From an uncultured virus (IMG/VR IMGVR_UViG_3300022851_000011) (taxonomy: Duplodnaviria > Heunggongvirae > Uroviricota > Caudoviricetes): 64,000 nt of DNA. The position numbers were made by a program, and so were the translations under genes. Positions 49,636-59,016 of this stretch are shown here, one piece after another. The DNA lies in the IMG/VR virus record IMGVR_UViG_3300022851_000011, positions 1 through 64,000 of that record. One strand, written 5' to 3'. Each line of letters starts with the position of its first letter. The stretch's first letter is position 1. Under the pieces are notes generated by a model, which was not told the DNA's origin, made no database searches, and saw only the letters and a program-made list of their open reading frames with translations.

Positions 49636-50163
49636 TTAGAAAGCGGACAGCGTAGAACGAACCCAAATCACGGTCGAACCATCATATACACCCGTGCAAT
49701 AATAGAAGAAACTATTGTCTACTGCAACGTCGCCTGTTGTGTCGCCGGGACTTCCCACTGATGATGCTGGGGTGTATGTGGTTGAAATATTATATCTGTC
49801 TGCGCCGATATTAAGTGAGGATAATGTTCCCACGGATGTGATTGTTGGTTGAGCGGCAGTTGTTACTGTTGCCGCTGTTGTTGCCGTATCCGCATTACCA
49901 GTTAGGGCACCAGTCACATTACCAACCAAACTACCGCTGGCAATAGTCACATTGCCCGTTCCGTTTGGATCAAGAATAATAGCTCCATTTGAATCTTCTG
50001 AAGAAATAGTATTACCTATAAAGTTGAGGTTACTAAGCGTTGTGCCGCCTAACTCGGTATAGATTTCCGAAAAGTTGTCGTTTACTTTATCAAACGCAAC
50101 ACGAAGATCATCGCCCGTTCCGTCATTTGCTGCTGCGCCGATACCAATAGTTTGTTTAGCCAT
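49636..50163 (-). CDS. baseplate wedge/fibre connector (T4 gp9/gp10-like N-terminus)
   Basis: MAKQTIGIGAAANDGTGDDLRVAFDKVNDNFSEIY. Confidence 0.8.
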   Translation of the reverse strand: MAKQTIGIGAAANDGTGDDLRVAFDKVNDNFSEIYTELGGTTLSNLNFIGNTISSEDSNGAIILDPNGTGNVTIASGSLVGNVTGALTGNADTATTAATVTTAAQPTITSVGTLSSLNIGADRYNISTTYTPASSVGSPGDTTGDVAVDNSFFYYCTGVYDGSTVIWVRSTLSAF

Positions 50164-50211
50164 GTGAGACTCCTGTTTCTAGTATTTATCTTTTTCCGTG
50201 ATAAATATAAT

Positions 50212-51210
50212 ATGCGTATATTAATCATAATGGCAATTTTATTGCTACCATTCCAGTCATTTGCACATAGCAACGAGGAATTTTTGGATACGGTTGAAAA
50301 TGTAAGAAGTTCAATCGTCTTGGTTGAATCCAAGAGAGAAGGCGTAATACCCGGTTCAGCGTTGGACAAATACCTAAATAAAAACAAACCAAACCGAGAA
50401 CCGGTCAGTGTAGGCACAGGATTCGTCATTGACGGGCAATATATCATCACAAATAACCACGTGATTGATAAAGCTAAAGTCATTACAATAAGTTTTGAAA
50501 ATTCCACAAAACGACATATAGCAAAATTGATTGGCACTGATGCACTATCTGATATTGCAGTATTGCGTGTTGAAAAGGGTATGCCAAAAACCATACCAAT
50601 GAAATGGGGCGATAGTGATAAACTACGTGCTGGACAAGAAGTATGGGCGATGGGTCATCCACGTGGATTAATGTATACAGTGTCAAAAGGCGTAGTTAGT
50701 CATATTCATCGTCGTATATCAAGCGGTTGGCAGACAGTAGTTCAAAGCGACGTGTCTATTAACCAAGGAAATAGCGGTGGACCATTAATGGATATGGCAG
50801 GTAATGTTATCGCTATCAATACATTAATCCTATCGAAAGACGGCGGTAGCGACGGGTTGAGCATGAGTGTGGATAGCAAGTTGGCGCTGTATGTCATTAA
50901 GAAGTTGATTGAGAATGGACGTATCGATAGACCAAGGATAGGCACAGGACTTGACTATAATCCTGCGCTGGGTAGGGTGTTTGTCAATATGGTTGAACCT
51001 AGTTCAGCTGCTGAAACGGCTGGCGTTAAAATAGGCGATGTTATTATTGAAGCCGATGGTGCAAATATCGAAAGCGTAGATGACTTGTTCGACGTATTGC
51101 AATACAAGTTACCATACGAAGATTTCAAGCTAATGATTATGCGAGATGAAGTTGTAATGCATATCGATATGCAGCTAGGATTAATGGAACCAGCGTCAGA
51201 TACTAAATGA
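50212..51210 (+). CDS. HtrA/DegP-family serine protease with one PDZ domain
   Basis: Signal peptide; GTGF, TNNHV, SDIAVL, NQGNSGGPL; C-terminal PDZ. Confidence 0.92.
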   Translation: MRILIIMAILLLPFQSFAHSNEEFLDTVENVRSSIVLVESKREGVIPGSALDKYLNKNKPNREPVSVGTGFVIDGQYIITNNHVIDKAKVITISFENSTKRHIAKLIGTDALSDIAVLRVEKGMPKTIPMKWGDSDKLRAGQEVWAMGHPRGLMYTVSKGVVSHIHRRISSGWQTVVQSDVSINQGNSGGPLMDMAGNVIAINTLILSKDGGSDGLSMSVDSKLALYVIKKLIENGRIDRPRIGTGLDYNPALGRVFVNMVEPSSAAETAGVKIGDVIIEADGANIESVDDLFDVLQYKLPYEDFKLMIMRDEVVMHIDMQLGLMEPASDTK

Positions 51211-51519
51211 CGTTGCACATCCACAAGATGATGTTGCGATAGGATTTGAAAACGCAAAGCGTGAACCCATCACATCAATCTTATAGTCAATCTCTGTACC
51301 AGCGACAGCGAATACGCTAGCCTTATCAAGAACGATTTTAACACCATCGAAGTCGATTACTTCATCACCTTCATTGGCATCGTCTAACTTAGTTTCTTTT
51401 AAAAGATAGTTAAAACCAGCACATCCACCACCAGATGCACCGAAAATGAATGCTTCAAATCCATTGTCTTCCATCATTGTCGTAAACTGCTTTTTAGCAT
51501 TTTCGGTTATTGTAATCAT
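51196..51519 (-). CDS. A-type Fe-S cluster carrier (IscA/ErpA family)
   Basis: GGGCAGF...FSNP...SCGC.TSF. Confidence 0.9.
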   Translation of the reverse strand: MITITENAKKQFTTMMEDNGFEAFIFGASGGGCAGFNYLLKETKLDDANEGDEVIDFDGVKIVLDKASVFAVAGTEIDYKIDVMGSRFAFSNPIATSSCGCATSFSI

Positions 51520-51752
51520 TTGTAAATACTTCCTTTTTGTCCCGGTTCATTACTGTTAGTACATGCACGTGCATGATGCGTGTGATGCGGGCACCGTTTA
51601 TTGCCGCAGATTTCACATGCATACAGAAAGTTGGGCGACATCATCATACCTGCACTTGGACGGGCGCAACTAACACACCCGCAGTTTTCTGGTGCAAACG
51701 GTGCTTTTAAATCGTCCCAAAACTGTTCTTTATCTTTGTCTTTGTCCATCAT
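51516..51752 (-). CDS. small Cys/His-rich protein
   Basis: CGCVSC...[11 protein letters not shown]...CTNSNEPGQ. Confidence 0.6.
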   Translation of the reverse strand: MMDKDKDKEQFWDDLKAPFAPENCGCVSCARPSAGMMMSPNFLYACEICGNKRCPHHTHHARACTNSNEPGQKGSIYK

Positions 51753-51970
51753 TTATGCCTATAAGTTACTCGACCTTTTGAAACGTCATATGGTGACACT
51801 TCGATTTTAACCTTATCGCCCAATACCAACTTGATTTTGAACTTGCGCATCTTTCCGCTAAGATATGCCAGAACTATGTGTTCCGAATTATCCACTTTGA
51901 TTTTAAACATACTTTGTGGTAAAACGTCAATGATTTCACCCTCTAATTCTAGCAATTCTTCTTTAGCCAA
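51749..51970 (-). CDS. infA: translation initiation factor IF-1
   Basis: [17 protein letters not shown]...[24 protein letters not shown]...GRVTYR; TTG start. Confidence 0.93.
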   Translation of the reverse strand: MAKEELLELEGEIIDVLPQSMFKIKVDNSEHIVLAYLSGKMRKFKIKLVLGDKVKIEVSPYDVSKGRVTYRHK

Positions 51971-52230
51971 TGTTAAGTTTTATCCTTTAATTCTTGATAA
52001 CGATGTGCCAAAAACTGTTTGACAATCTCTAAGTTTTTGTCGGCATCTGCTGCCCACGGTGTGTTAACGCTTGTTGCTGATACACGATGTAAAATACGCT
52101 CACAGCCTGTCATTTCGATATATTCTAAACTATCCATTTTTCATCTCCGCACAAAAAAAGAGGTCAACAGCATCTTTGAATGGGCTGTTGTACCTCGCAA
52201 ATAGTAGTATTCTAGTCGATCATATTGTAT

Positions 52231-52440
52231 TTATCTTGCCTCGATTTTTTCTTTATTTTCACGGATTCCATTTGGTAACTGCAAGCGGCAGTCAAAATAA
52301 CTGACGGATATATCACGTTTCGCATTCATTTTCTGCATCATACGGTCACAATGCCCATATACAGAAAACTTACCAAGTGGTTTCAAGTCTACGACAGGAT
52401 TACCGGTTAAAACAGATATTAGCACAAGTGACCAAATCAT
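52231..52440 (-). CDS. small hypothetical protein with hydrophobic N-terminus
   Basis: Signal-like N-terminus and a Cys pair. Confidence 0.45.
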   Translation of the reverse strand: MIWSLVLISVLTGNPVVDLKPLGKFSVYGHCDRMMQKMNAKRDISVSYFDCRLQLPNGIRENKEKIEAR

Positions 52441-52783
52441 TTATTAGCTTCTGCTGCCTGACCGTTCATTTCAATAATACGGGCGGCTTCTTCACGCTTG
52501 GGGTTTTGGTTGACCAAAATAGAGTTGATTTCGGACATAAATGCTGCCATTTCGCTGGCGCTAATGTTGTCGCTGGTGTCCATATAAATCTGCATTTTCT
52601 CTTCCTTTTCATTATGATGTAACTATACCCACAAATCAGTAGATTGTCAACCCATAAATATGTATTATATCAAATACTCGTAATAATAGTCAATATGTTT
52701 ATATAATCTTTTATATTGAAATCACCACCTGTGCGCATGGTATAATAGTTTATAAATTCAATCACACAGAAAGAGACATTTTA

Positions 52784-53365
52784 ATGACTAAACAATTAAT
52801 AACAAAGAATTTTCTACCGCAATCCTTAATTTACAATGTGTTGGATAAAAAAGGTCCATGCGATCATCCATATTTTAATCAAGATGATTATAACAGTTGT
52901 ATAACAGAACACTATGGGGTATCTCATAGTAGATTCGAAAAAACGTATCATGTACCGTGTGTTTATATCGGTGGTTCTGGACACCTAATATATGGATTAT
53001 CTGAATCGAGTGGCGGTTTCCCAATTATAGATATACAAAATCCAATTAAATTCTCGTTCGAAGGAACCGCAAGTAAAGTTGGACAATCCAATGATATGGG
53101 TGCGATATATAGAGGAAGAAATCAATCAGGATCGTCTTGGGGCTTTGGCGCATTATTACACACACAAGACAGTCGAATGCTAGAAAAACTTGTGTCTATA
53201 GCAGCGAAAAATTATCACATCGGAAAAGACCTTGTTTCTGATAACCAACAAGAACTATATGCATTCACTGGCGCTCGGGCACCAATAGATTTTTTGGCGG
53301 TCGTGTTAGCAGACCCCGATGTGGCTAATTTAGTTACAGATGTTACGAAGTTCTATAAAAAATAA
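52784..53365 (+). CDS. hypothetical protein
   Basis: 193-aa ORF on the opposite strand to flanking genes; TATAAT upstream. Confidence 0.6.
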   Translation: MTKQLITKNFLPQSLIYNVLDKKGPCDHPYFNQDDYNSCITEHYGVSHSRFEKTYHVPCVYIGGSGHLIYGLSESSGGFPIIDIQNPIKFSFEGTASKVGQSNDMGAIYRGRNQSGSSWGFGALLHTQDSRMLEKLVSIAAKNYHIGKDLVSDNQQELYAFTGARAPIDFLAVVLADPDVANLVTDVTKFYKK

Positions 53366-53502
53366 GATTTAGCCATTTCAAAGGCTGTCTCTGGGTCATA
53401 TCCATATTCAATAAATACAGAGATAATTAAATCTTCCATATCGCCGCCATCTTGTAGAAACTTTTCTACTTCTTTAAGATCAAGATCGATATCTTCTAAC
53501 AT
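53353..53502 (-). CDS. small acidic hypothetical protein (49 aa)
   Basis: MLEDIDLDLKEVEKFLQDGG...; below the ORF-track cutoff; downstream of a duplicated promoter. Confidence 0.45.
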   Translation of the reverse strand: MLEDIDLDLKEVEKFLQDGGDMEDLIISVFIEYGYDPETAFEMAKSYFL

Positions 53503-53524
53503 TTACGAGGTTCCTATGTGCCTA

Positions 53525-53610
53525 ATTGTTAAATGAAGTGTAATCTATTAAATCAATGATGTCAATCATTGTTAAATGAAGTGTAATCTATTAAATCAAT
53601 AATGTCAATC
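53525..53610. repeat. 43-bp tandem duplication (1 mismatch) containing a minus-strand TTGACA-N17-TACACT promoter
   Basis: ATTGTTAAATGAAGTGTAATCTATTAAATCAAT(G/A)ATGTCAATC x2. Confidence 0.9.
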
Positions 53611-53631
53611 ATTTTTGGAAAGGATAAATAA

Positions 53632-54180
53632 ATGACAAAAGTATTAAGCACTTACAATAAGGACTTCCGTGGCGGTATTCAAGCGGGAACTACAGCATAC
53701 GACACGGATTCTAAAAGACTGGACGAAATGTTAAAGAATACAAAGTCCATGACCATTGAAGGATATACATGCAAATCTTCAATCACTGGCAATGGCATCT
53801 TTGGCAAAGATGGATGCGTTGGTATGTCACCCGATGGCGGGATGTGGTTCGATAAGGATGACCAACTAGTATTGGTTGCCGAAGCAAAGAAACAAGGTCC
53901 AGTAGGAAATGCATGTGAGCGTTGGTTTAAAAATCGGGCGGTTGCACAGCATATAAATCCAGACGTTATGTATGTTACTTTTTGTAGCGGCACAGGTACT
54001 CTACCAAAGTCAACCATGTATCGCACATTCAACGTAGCGTTGGCTATTGACGAAGCTGTGTTTAAAGACACCCGTGTGTGGAATGAACTGTATACAAAAG
54101 GCAGTTCTTTCTTCGGTCACGAAGAAGGGTTCACACAAGAATACGTTAATAGTATTATCGAAAAGGCATTAAAACAGTGA
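53632..54180 (+). CDS. EcoRI-like type II restriction endonuclease
   Basis: SPDGG...AEAKKQG...GNACERWFKN, compared with EcoRI PDGG/EAKHQG/GNAIERSHKN. Confidence 0.7.
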   Translation: MTKVLSTYNKDFRGGIQAGTTAYDTDSKRLDEMLKNTKSMTIEGYTCKSSITGNGIFGKDGCVGMSPDGGMWFDKDDQLVLVAEAKKQGPVGNACERWFKNRAVAQHINPDVMYVTFCSGTGTLPKSTMYRTFNVALAIDEAVFKDTRVWNELYTKGSSFFGHEEGFTQEYVNSIIEKALKQ

Positions 54181-55037
54181 AACCATTATACATATGGGCT
54201 GGCGGCAAGAACAAAATGCTCAAGCATTACCAGCCATTCTTTCCGAATGGTGTAAAAACATACTCCGAACCCTTCTTTGGTGGCGGAGCTATGTTTTTAC
54301 ACGTCATTAAACGCTATGATCCAAAAACTTGTTATATCAATGACATTAACCAATCATTGATAAACATTTACATTGCGATTAAGAATAACTACGGCGAGTT
54401 TACGAATACCATTAACGCATACGAAGCGAAATACCTTCCGTTATCCAAAGAAGATCGTAAAAAATACTACTATGATATTCGACAGGAACACGCATATGAT
54501 TATCAGAAGTGGTCAATGCCAGAAGAAGCGGCAACTTTGTATTTTCTTATGAAGACCGGGTTTAATGGTATATGGCAAATTAACAAAAACACCAATAATC
54601 GCTATGGCACACCGAGTGGGTTACTAACCCAAACAACTGCGGTATATGATAGAGAAGTTATGGAATGTTGGCACACACTATTATCTAATAAGAATATCGT
54701 GATCACGTGTGGGGATTGGTCTAATGTTCCAATATCTGATTTTACATTCTATGATCCACCATATCGTAATTCGTTCGCCGATTATAATGCGGCATTCGCC
54801 GATAGTGAAACCGAAAAACTCATTGGCGTTGTAGAGAATAATTATAACGTATGGTTGTGTAATCGGGATTCTGGCGACGGGTTCTTTGATAATAGGGCAG
54901 CTAGAGTTCATAGGTTCCCAGTCACATATACTGCCGGTCGTCGCAAGGTGGTCGAAGGCGGTCACGAAGCAAAGAAAGCTACTGAGATTCTTATGTACAA
55001 CTCAAAAGATGACAGGTTTTCATCATTGTTTGAATAA
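54177..55037 (+). CDS. Dam-family (alpha class) DNA adenine methyltransferase
   Basis: WAGGK, EPFFGGGA, INDIN, FNG, DPPY. Confidence 0.9.
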   Translation: MKPLYIWAGGKNKMLKHYQPFFPNGVKTYSEPFFGGGAMFLHVIKRYDPKTCYINDINQSLINIYIAIKNNYGEFTNTINAYEAKYLPLSKEDRKKYYYDIRQEHAYDYQKWSMPEEAATLYFLMKTGFNGIWQINKNTNNRYGTPSGLLTQTTAVYDREVMECWHTLLSNKNIVITCGDWSNVPISDFTFYDPPYRNSFADYNAAFADSETEKLIGVVENNYNVWLCNRDSGDGFFDNRAARVHRFPVTYTAGRRKVVEGGHEAKKATEILMYNSKDDRFSSLFE

Positions 55038-55095
55038 TAGCTTGACATATATACTAGGTATGGTAATATACTAACTTAAACACAAAGGAGTTATT

Positions 55096-55299
55096 ATGTA
55101 TCACACAGAAGCAGAACTTGAGCCATATGCCATTGAAGCAATCAAAGCTAACAATGGGTACATCACTACTGACCGTTTGAAAGAATATATCAAATCGAAA
55201 GTTGATCTTCTTCCCGGCGATAATGAAACTATCGCTTCTCGTTCCAAAGCTACTAACGAGACAGAACTAAAATCAGAAGCAGAAGCAATGATGATTTAA
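55096..55299 (+). pseudogene. short ORF resembling a truncated winged-helix N-terminus of a restriction/HNH nuclease
   Basis: E.EL...AI..I....GYITT..L...D....SR then ends; own TTGACA promoter and AAGGAG RBS. Confidence 0.3.
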
Positions 55300-55336
55300 T
55301 ATAGTTTAAAGGATTAGATTAACGAAAACCCAGCTT

Positions 55337-56527
55337 TTATGCTGGGTTTTTTTGTTGGATTAACTGATCTTTACTCAACGTAAAGTCACTGTCTTCCCAA
55401 CGCTTACGCATTGCTGCCAACGCCGCACCCATTTCTTTGCCGGATGTCATACCAGTTGCCAACAGGTCTTTTCCAGTGACGGGAAATTCTGGTGCTTTCC
55501 AACGCTTCAATGAATTCGCCAATTTACTTTTGCCTTGGTAGTGCAATACTGCACGAATCTTGCTTGGTTGTGCCTTTGGTTTAGACATCAAACGCTTTGC
55601 ATTTTCTACTGTGATATTGATGTCACGGTTAGCAACAATGAATTCAATCATATCATTTTCGTTATTGCTAAACTTCCAACGCTTTCGTAGTGTCTTCAAT
55701 TGATTCATATCGTCAACCAACGATGCTGCCAGTAGGTTGTAATTGTTAGTGATTTGCTTTACACGAGTAAATTCATTCAAGTTATTCATCGGCAATCCGA
55801 TAGCATCTGCCACACCAGTATTATCCATCATCTTCAAGATTTCTTCGGCGTGATTACCTGACAGGATTTTAGTCAATTCCATCCATACACGCTCACCGGA
55901 GATACCAGTCAATCCTTCTGCCTTTTCGGCGACTTTGGACAATGTTTCTTTATCCCATTGCGGGGTAGGCATACGGCCTTGAAAACGGAAGAAGCGCAGG
56001 ATACGCAGGAAGTCTTCTTCCATACGCTGACCAGCATCGCCAACAAACTTAGCCTTACCAGCCTTCAAGTCTTCAACACCACCGAAGTAGTCAAACAGGT
56101 TACCATCCAAGTCCATTGACATAGCGTTGAACGTCAAGTCACGGCGTTCAGCATCAACTTTCCAATCTGTGGTAAACTCTACATCAGCGTGGCGACCATC
56201 AGTTTCTGAATCGATACGCAAGGTTGTGATTTCAATAGGCTCACCGTCCAATACAACGGTCAACGTGCCGTGTTCTAAGCCTGTAGGCACCCACGAGATA
56301 CCCGCACGGTCAAACACTTCAATCATTTGATCAGGGGTGGCGTCTGTCGCCATATCAATGTCTTTGGGGTCTTTACCTAATACCAAGTCACGGACTGCAC
56401 CGCCGACAATACGGATTTCAAAACCGCCTTTACGCATAACATCGTCAAGATGCGTTACTGCTGGTGTCAATAGATGCTGAAACTTTGACTGGCTCATTTT
56501 CGCCTCGGTGAATTCGTTTGCTCTCAT
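55337..56527 (-). CDS. cca: CCA-adding tRNA nucleotidyltransferase
   Basis: VGGAVRD, DIDMAT, EITTLR, RRDLTFNAM, EDFLRILRFFRF, ISGERVWMEL; probable start MRANEFTE at 56527. Confidence 0.9.
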   Translation of the reverse strand: MRANEFTEAKMSQSKFQHLLTPAVTHLDDVMRKGGFEIRIVGGAVRDLVLGKDPKDIDMATDATPDQMIEVFDRAGISWVPTGLEHGTLTVVLDGEPIEITTLRIDSETDGRHADVEFTTDWKVDAERRDLTFNAMSMDLDGNLFDYFGGVEDLKAGKAKFVGDAGQRMEEDFLRILRFFRFQGRMPTPQWDKETLSKVAEKAEGLTGISGERVWMELTKILSGNHAEEILKMMDNTGVADAIGLPMNNLNEFTRVKQITNNYNLLAASLVDDMNQLKTLRKRWKFSNNENDMIEFIVANRDINITVENAKRLMSKPKAQPSKIRAVLHYQGKSKLANSLKRWKAPEFPVTGKDLLATGMTSGKEMGAALAAMRKRWEDSDFTLSKDQLIQQKNPA

Positions 56528-56550
56528 AATGTGTTTGCTCTCATAATGTG
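56517..56550. repeat. 17-bp tandem duplication spanning the cca start codon
   Basis: TTTGCTCTCATAATGTG x2; places an upstream small ORF in frame with cca. Confidence 0.85.
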
Positions 56551-56688
56551 ATACTACCATACTGATCTTAACTGTCAAGGTATTTATATAAGTTTCGGGC
56601 AAACCATTATCAATAGCGAGTGATAGTTGGTCAAGTAAACGTTCGCATTCCTGTACAGGTTTCATAAGAATATTTATAAAAACGGCGG

Positions 56689-57045
56689 TTAAAGTTTTTC
56701 TATAGACTTACGTAGATTCTCACCATCATCGGTGGTGCCACTCCACACAACATTGTCGGATGTGCTGCCATTAAGTGCCTTGACCATTTGTGATCCAATG
56801 CTCTTGCGACGGAACTCTGGCAATACCTCAATCATTTGAATCTGGGTTTCGCCCTGATAACTTACCCATTCGATGTAACCATAGATGCCCGGTCCTTCGA
56901 CTTGTTTTGCATCGAAGCCTCGTTGGTATTTTGTCGGGTCATATGCCCACAACACACCGTTTGTCTGTCCAGAGTGTGAATCTGTGACGCCACTATAGAA
57001 CTTCAAGGATGGAATCTCTTTTTGGTCAAACTCGAATATACGCAT
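56689..57045 (-). CDS. GNAT-family acetyltransferase
   Basis: IEVLPEFRRKSIGSQMV motif A; MRIFE leader. Confidence 0.7.
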   Translation of the reverse strand: MRIFEFDQKEIPSLKFYSGVTDSHSGQTNGVLWAYDPTKYQRGFDAKQVEGPGIYGYIEWVSYQGETQIQMIEVLPEFRRKSIGSQMVKALNGSTSDNVVWSGTTDDGENLRKSIEKL

Positions 57046-57950
57046 TACATCACAAATATGCGGCCAATAGATTGGCTAAACATATTTTCTACATAATATT
57101 CAAGGTCACGTGATAATGTTTGAATCATTTGATTTGACATATCTTCATCATTGCGAAGATAAATCCCATCTGCGTCATTACCCCAAGCCTTCGTTAAAAT
57201 GATTTTCTGCGGAATCGGATTAAATGTTATTTTTCCAGTGATAATGTATTGTGCAATGACTTCATTCAAAAACTCGAAATCAGCACGAAGTTTTTTATTT
57301 CTTGCCGAACGAAAGGTGCCAATCTCTTCAAAAAACTTTTTACGTATCTTTTCATATCTTACCGTCGATGTTCTGTCATTTCCATATTTATCAGTAGATG
57401 GCGGCGTATACCCATAACTTGTCTTTAAAATATCGGCAACGGTATCGTTAATGGAACGCTCGGCTTCACTATATTCATTGATGTCCCTACCACCTTGCCA
57501 TTTGCCACGTGCCATTGCGTGTGCAAGACGATGTGCCATAATCCAAGGCGTCATAGGAACCTTCTCGGCACCCTTGTTGTTTGTGTATAAAATAGTAATA
57601 CCGTCTTCGTGTTGTGGAATGTGTGGGGCAATGGCTGGCATTTGTGTCTCAAGCCATTCACGAGTTACTACGCCGACCTCTGTGTGATCCCTTGCTTCTT
57701 TGCTATTAACCACATAAACATATACATCTTCGCCAATCTTTTCCCACTTTTTCTTTAACTGCTGAACTGCTTTTGGATTCGTTGTAAGAACACGATCACG
57801 TTTATCAGTGAAACTTGATGACCGCTTTGCAAATGCTTCTGGGTCTTTACTGATAGCCGTTGGGTCACCCCGCTGACTGGATGGTTCATCGCTTATTGTC
57901 TGATAGTCACTAATAGGTGCTTCGCCGACAGCTATTTCTGATATGCGCAT
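57045..57950 (-). CDS. putative internal protein with HxxxH (HRLAH) motif
   Basis: MRISEIAVGE leader; ATAAATA upstream. Confidence 0.6.
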   Translation of the reverse strand: MRISEIAVGEAPISDYQTISDEPSSQRGDPTAISKDPEAFAKRSSSFTDKRDRVLTTNPKAVQQLKKKWEKIGEDVYVYVVNSKEARDHTEVGVVTREWLETQMPAIAPHIPQHEDGITILYTNNKGAEKVPMTPWIMAHRLAHAMARGKWQGGRDINEYSEAERSINDTVADILKTSYGYTPPSTDKYGNDRTSTVRYEKIRKKFFEEIGTFRSARNKKLRADFEFLNEVIAQYIITGKITFNPIPQKIILTKAWGNDADGIYLRNDEDMSNQMIQTLSRDLEYYVENMFSQSIGRIFVM

Positions 57951-58031
57951 TCTAAATCCTCACTGATATGTTATTTATACAAAAAGGACGGCACCCGTAG
58001 GAACCGCCCTTTTCTAATATATCAATGTTCG

Positions 58032-58628
58032 TTATTGTGCTACTTGTTTTTCAAGCTCTTTATACAAAGAAGCTTTACGCTTATCACGTTCAGCAAGCTG
58101 TTGCTGTTGAATAACACGTTTCAATACTTTATTGATTTCTTCGTCACCGTATTCCAATAGGATATATGTTTGATACACCCCACCCGATTTAGCTACGATT
58201 TCTTTGTTGGCAATACGATAACCGTATACCGCAGTGTTACGAACAACGTTTTTGGTCGCCCGTTCCATTTCTTCAAAGACCGTTGGATCATCGCTGGACC
58301 CAATCTCGGTGGCAAACTCACGAATAACTTCGCTCAACTCACCAGCCATGCGGTCTGCAAGCTGACGTTTTGCCGATAGGGTTGCTTTGGTAAGGGACAT
58401 ATCCAGACTTTTGGATGCACCCGAACCCACTGTATATACAGCGATATTGCTCTGTGGTGGATCAATAAACCAGTCTGGAATATTGTCTACCTGTTCTTGA
58501 ATGGCTTCTTGTTTCGCTTCTTGTGCGTCAAGATAGGCTTGATAACGGGCTTCTGGCGAACCGGGGTCTGCCGCACATCCAGCCAAGAACATTACACCGG
58601 CAACTGCCGATAGAAGTTTAGTATTCAT
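58032..58628 (-). CDS. lipoprotein (LPP20-like)
   Basis: Lipobox LAGC; IPDWF..P; TTGACA-N18-TATAAT promoter. Confidence 0.7.
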   Translation of the reverse strand: MNTKLLSAVAGVMFLAGCAADPGSPEARYQAYLDAQEAKQEAIQEQVDNIPDWFIDPPQSNIAVYTVGSGASKSLDMSLTKATLSAKRQLADRMAGELSEVIREFATEIGSSDDPTVFEEMERATKNVVRNTAVYGYRIANKEIVAKSGGVYQTYILLEYGDEEINKVLKRVIQQQQLAERDKRKASLYKELEKQVAQ

Positions 58629-58701
58629 AGTGATATCCTCTTTATTGTTAAAGTTTAACTGTAATCATTATACACACATTGGTATCGTTATGTCAAGTCT
58701 T

Positions 58702-59016
58702 TTATTCACTTAGTTCATAAATAAATTTTAACTTGTCATATGCATTTTTGTATTTCGGATCGTCTTTTAGATAAAAATACAGTTTCAATAACATATCAAG
58801 TTCAGCAGGATCACAAGTTTCTGATGGTAATACACCGCATTCGCCAGTATATCGATTCTTCTCAATACATACCCGTCGCCCTTCCCAAGCATCATCACCA
58901 AAGCCATGCCGTATAGAAATAATAACGTCAGAATGCATCATTGTATCTATAACTGATTTACCTTTGCCAGTGCCGCCAGAAATGACGTTCATTGCACCTG
59001 ATTTGATTCCGTTCAT
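58702..59016 (-). CDS. small protein with helicase-like motif fragments
   Basis: SGGTGKGKS and IEKNRYTGECG; paralog of the upstream gene. Confidence 0.5.
   Translation of the reverse strand: MNGIKSGAMNVISGGTGKGKSVIDTMMHSDVIISIRHGFGDDAWEGRRVCIEKNRYTGECGVLPSETCDPAELDMLLKLYFYLKDDPKYKNAYDKLKFIYELSE

Noticed and set aside
4506..54071. Long antisense ORFs in the track (e.g. 4506-4979, 10070-10456, 31672-32124, 48056-48598, 53679-54071)
   Set aside because: They shadow well-supported genes on the opposite strand and have no recognisable motifs.
56528..56665. N-terminal extension of the CCA-adding enzyme
   Set aside because: The fusion arises from the 17-bp duplication; the likely start is MRANE at 56527.
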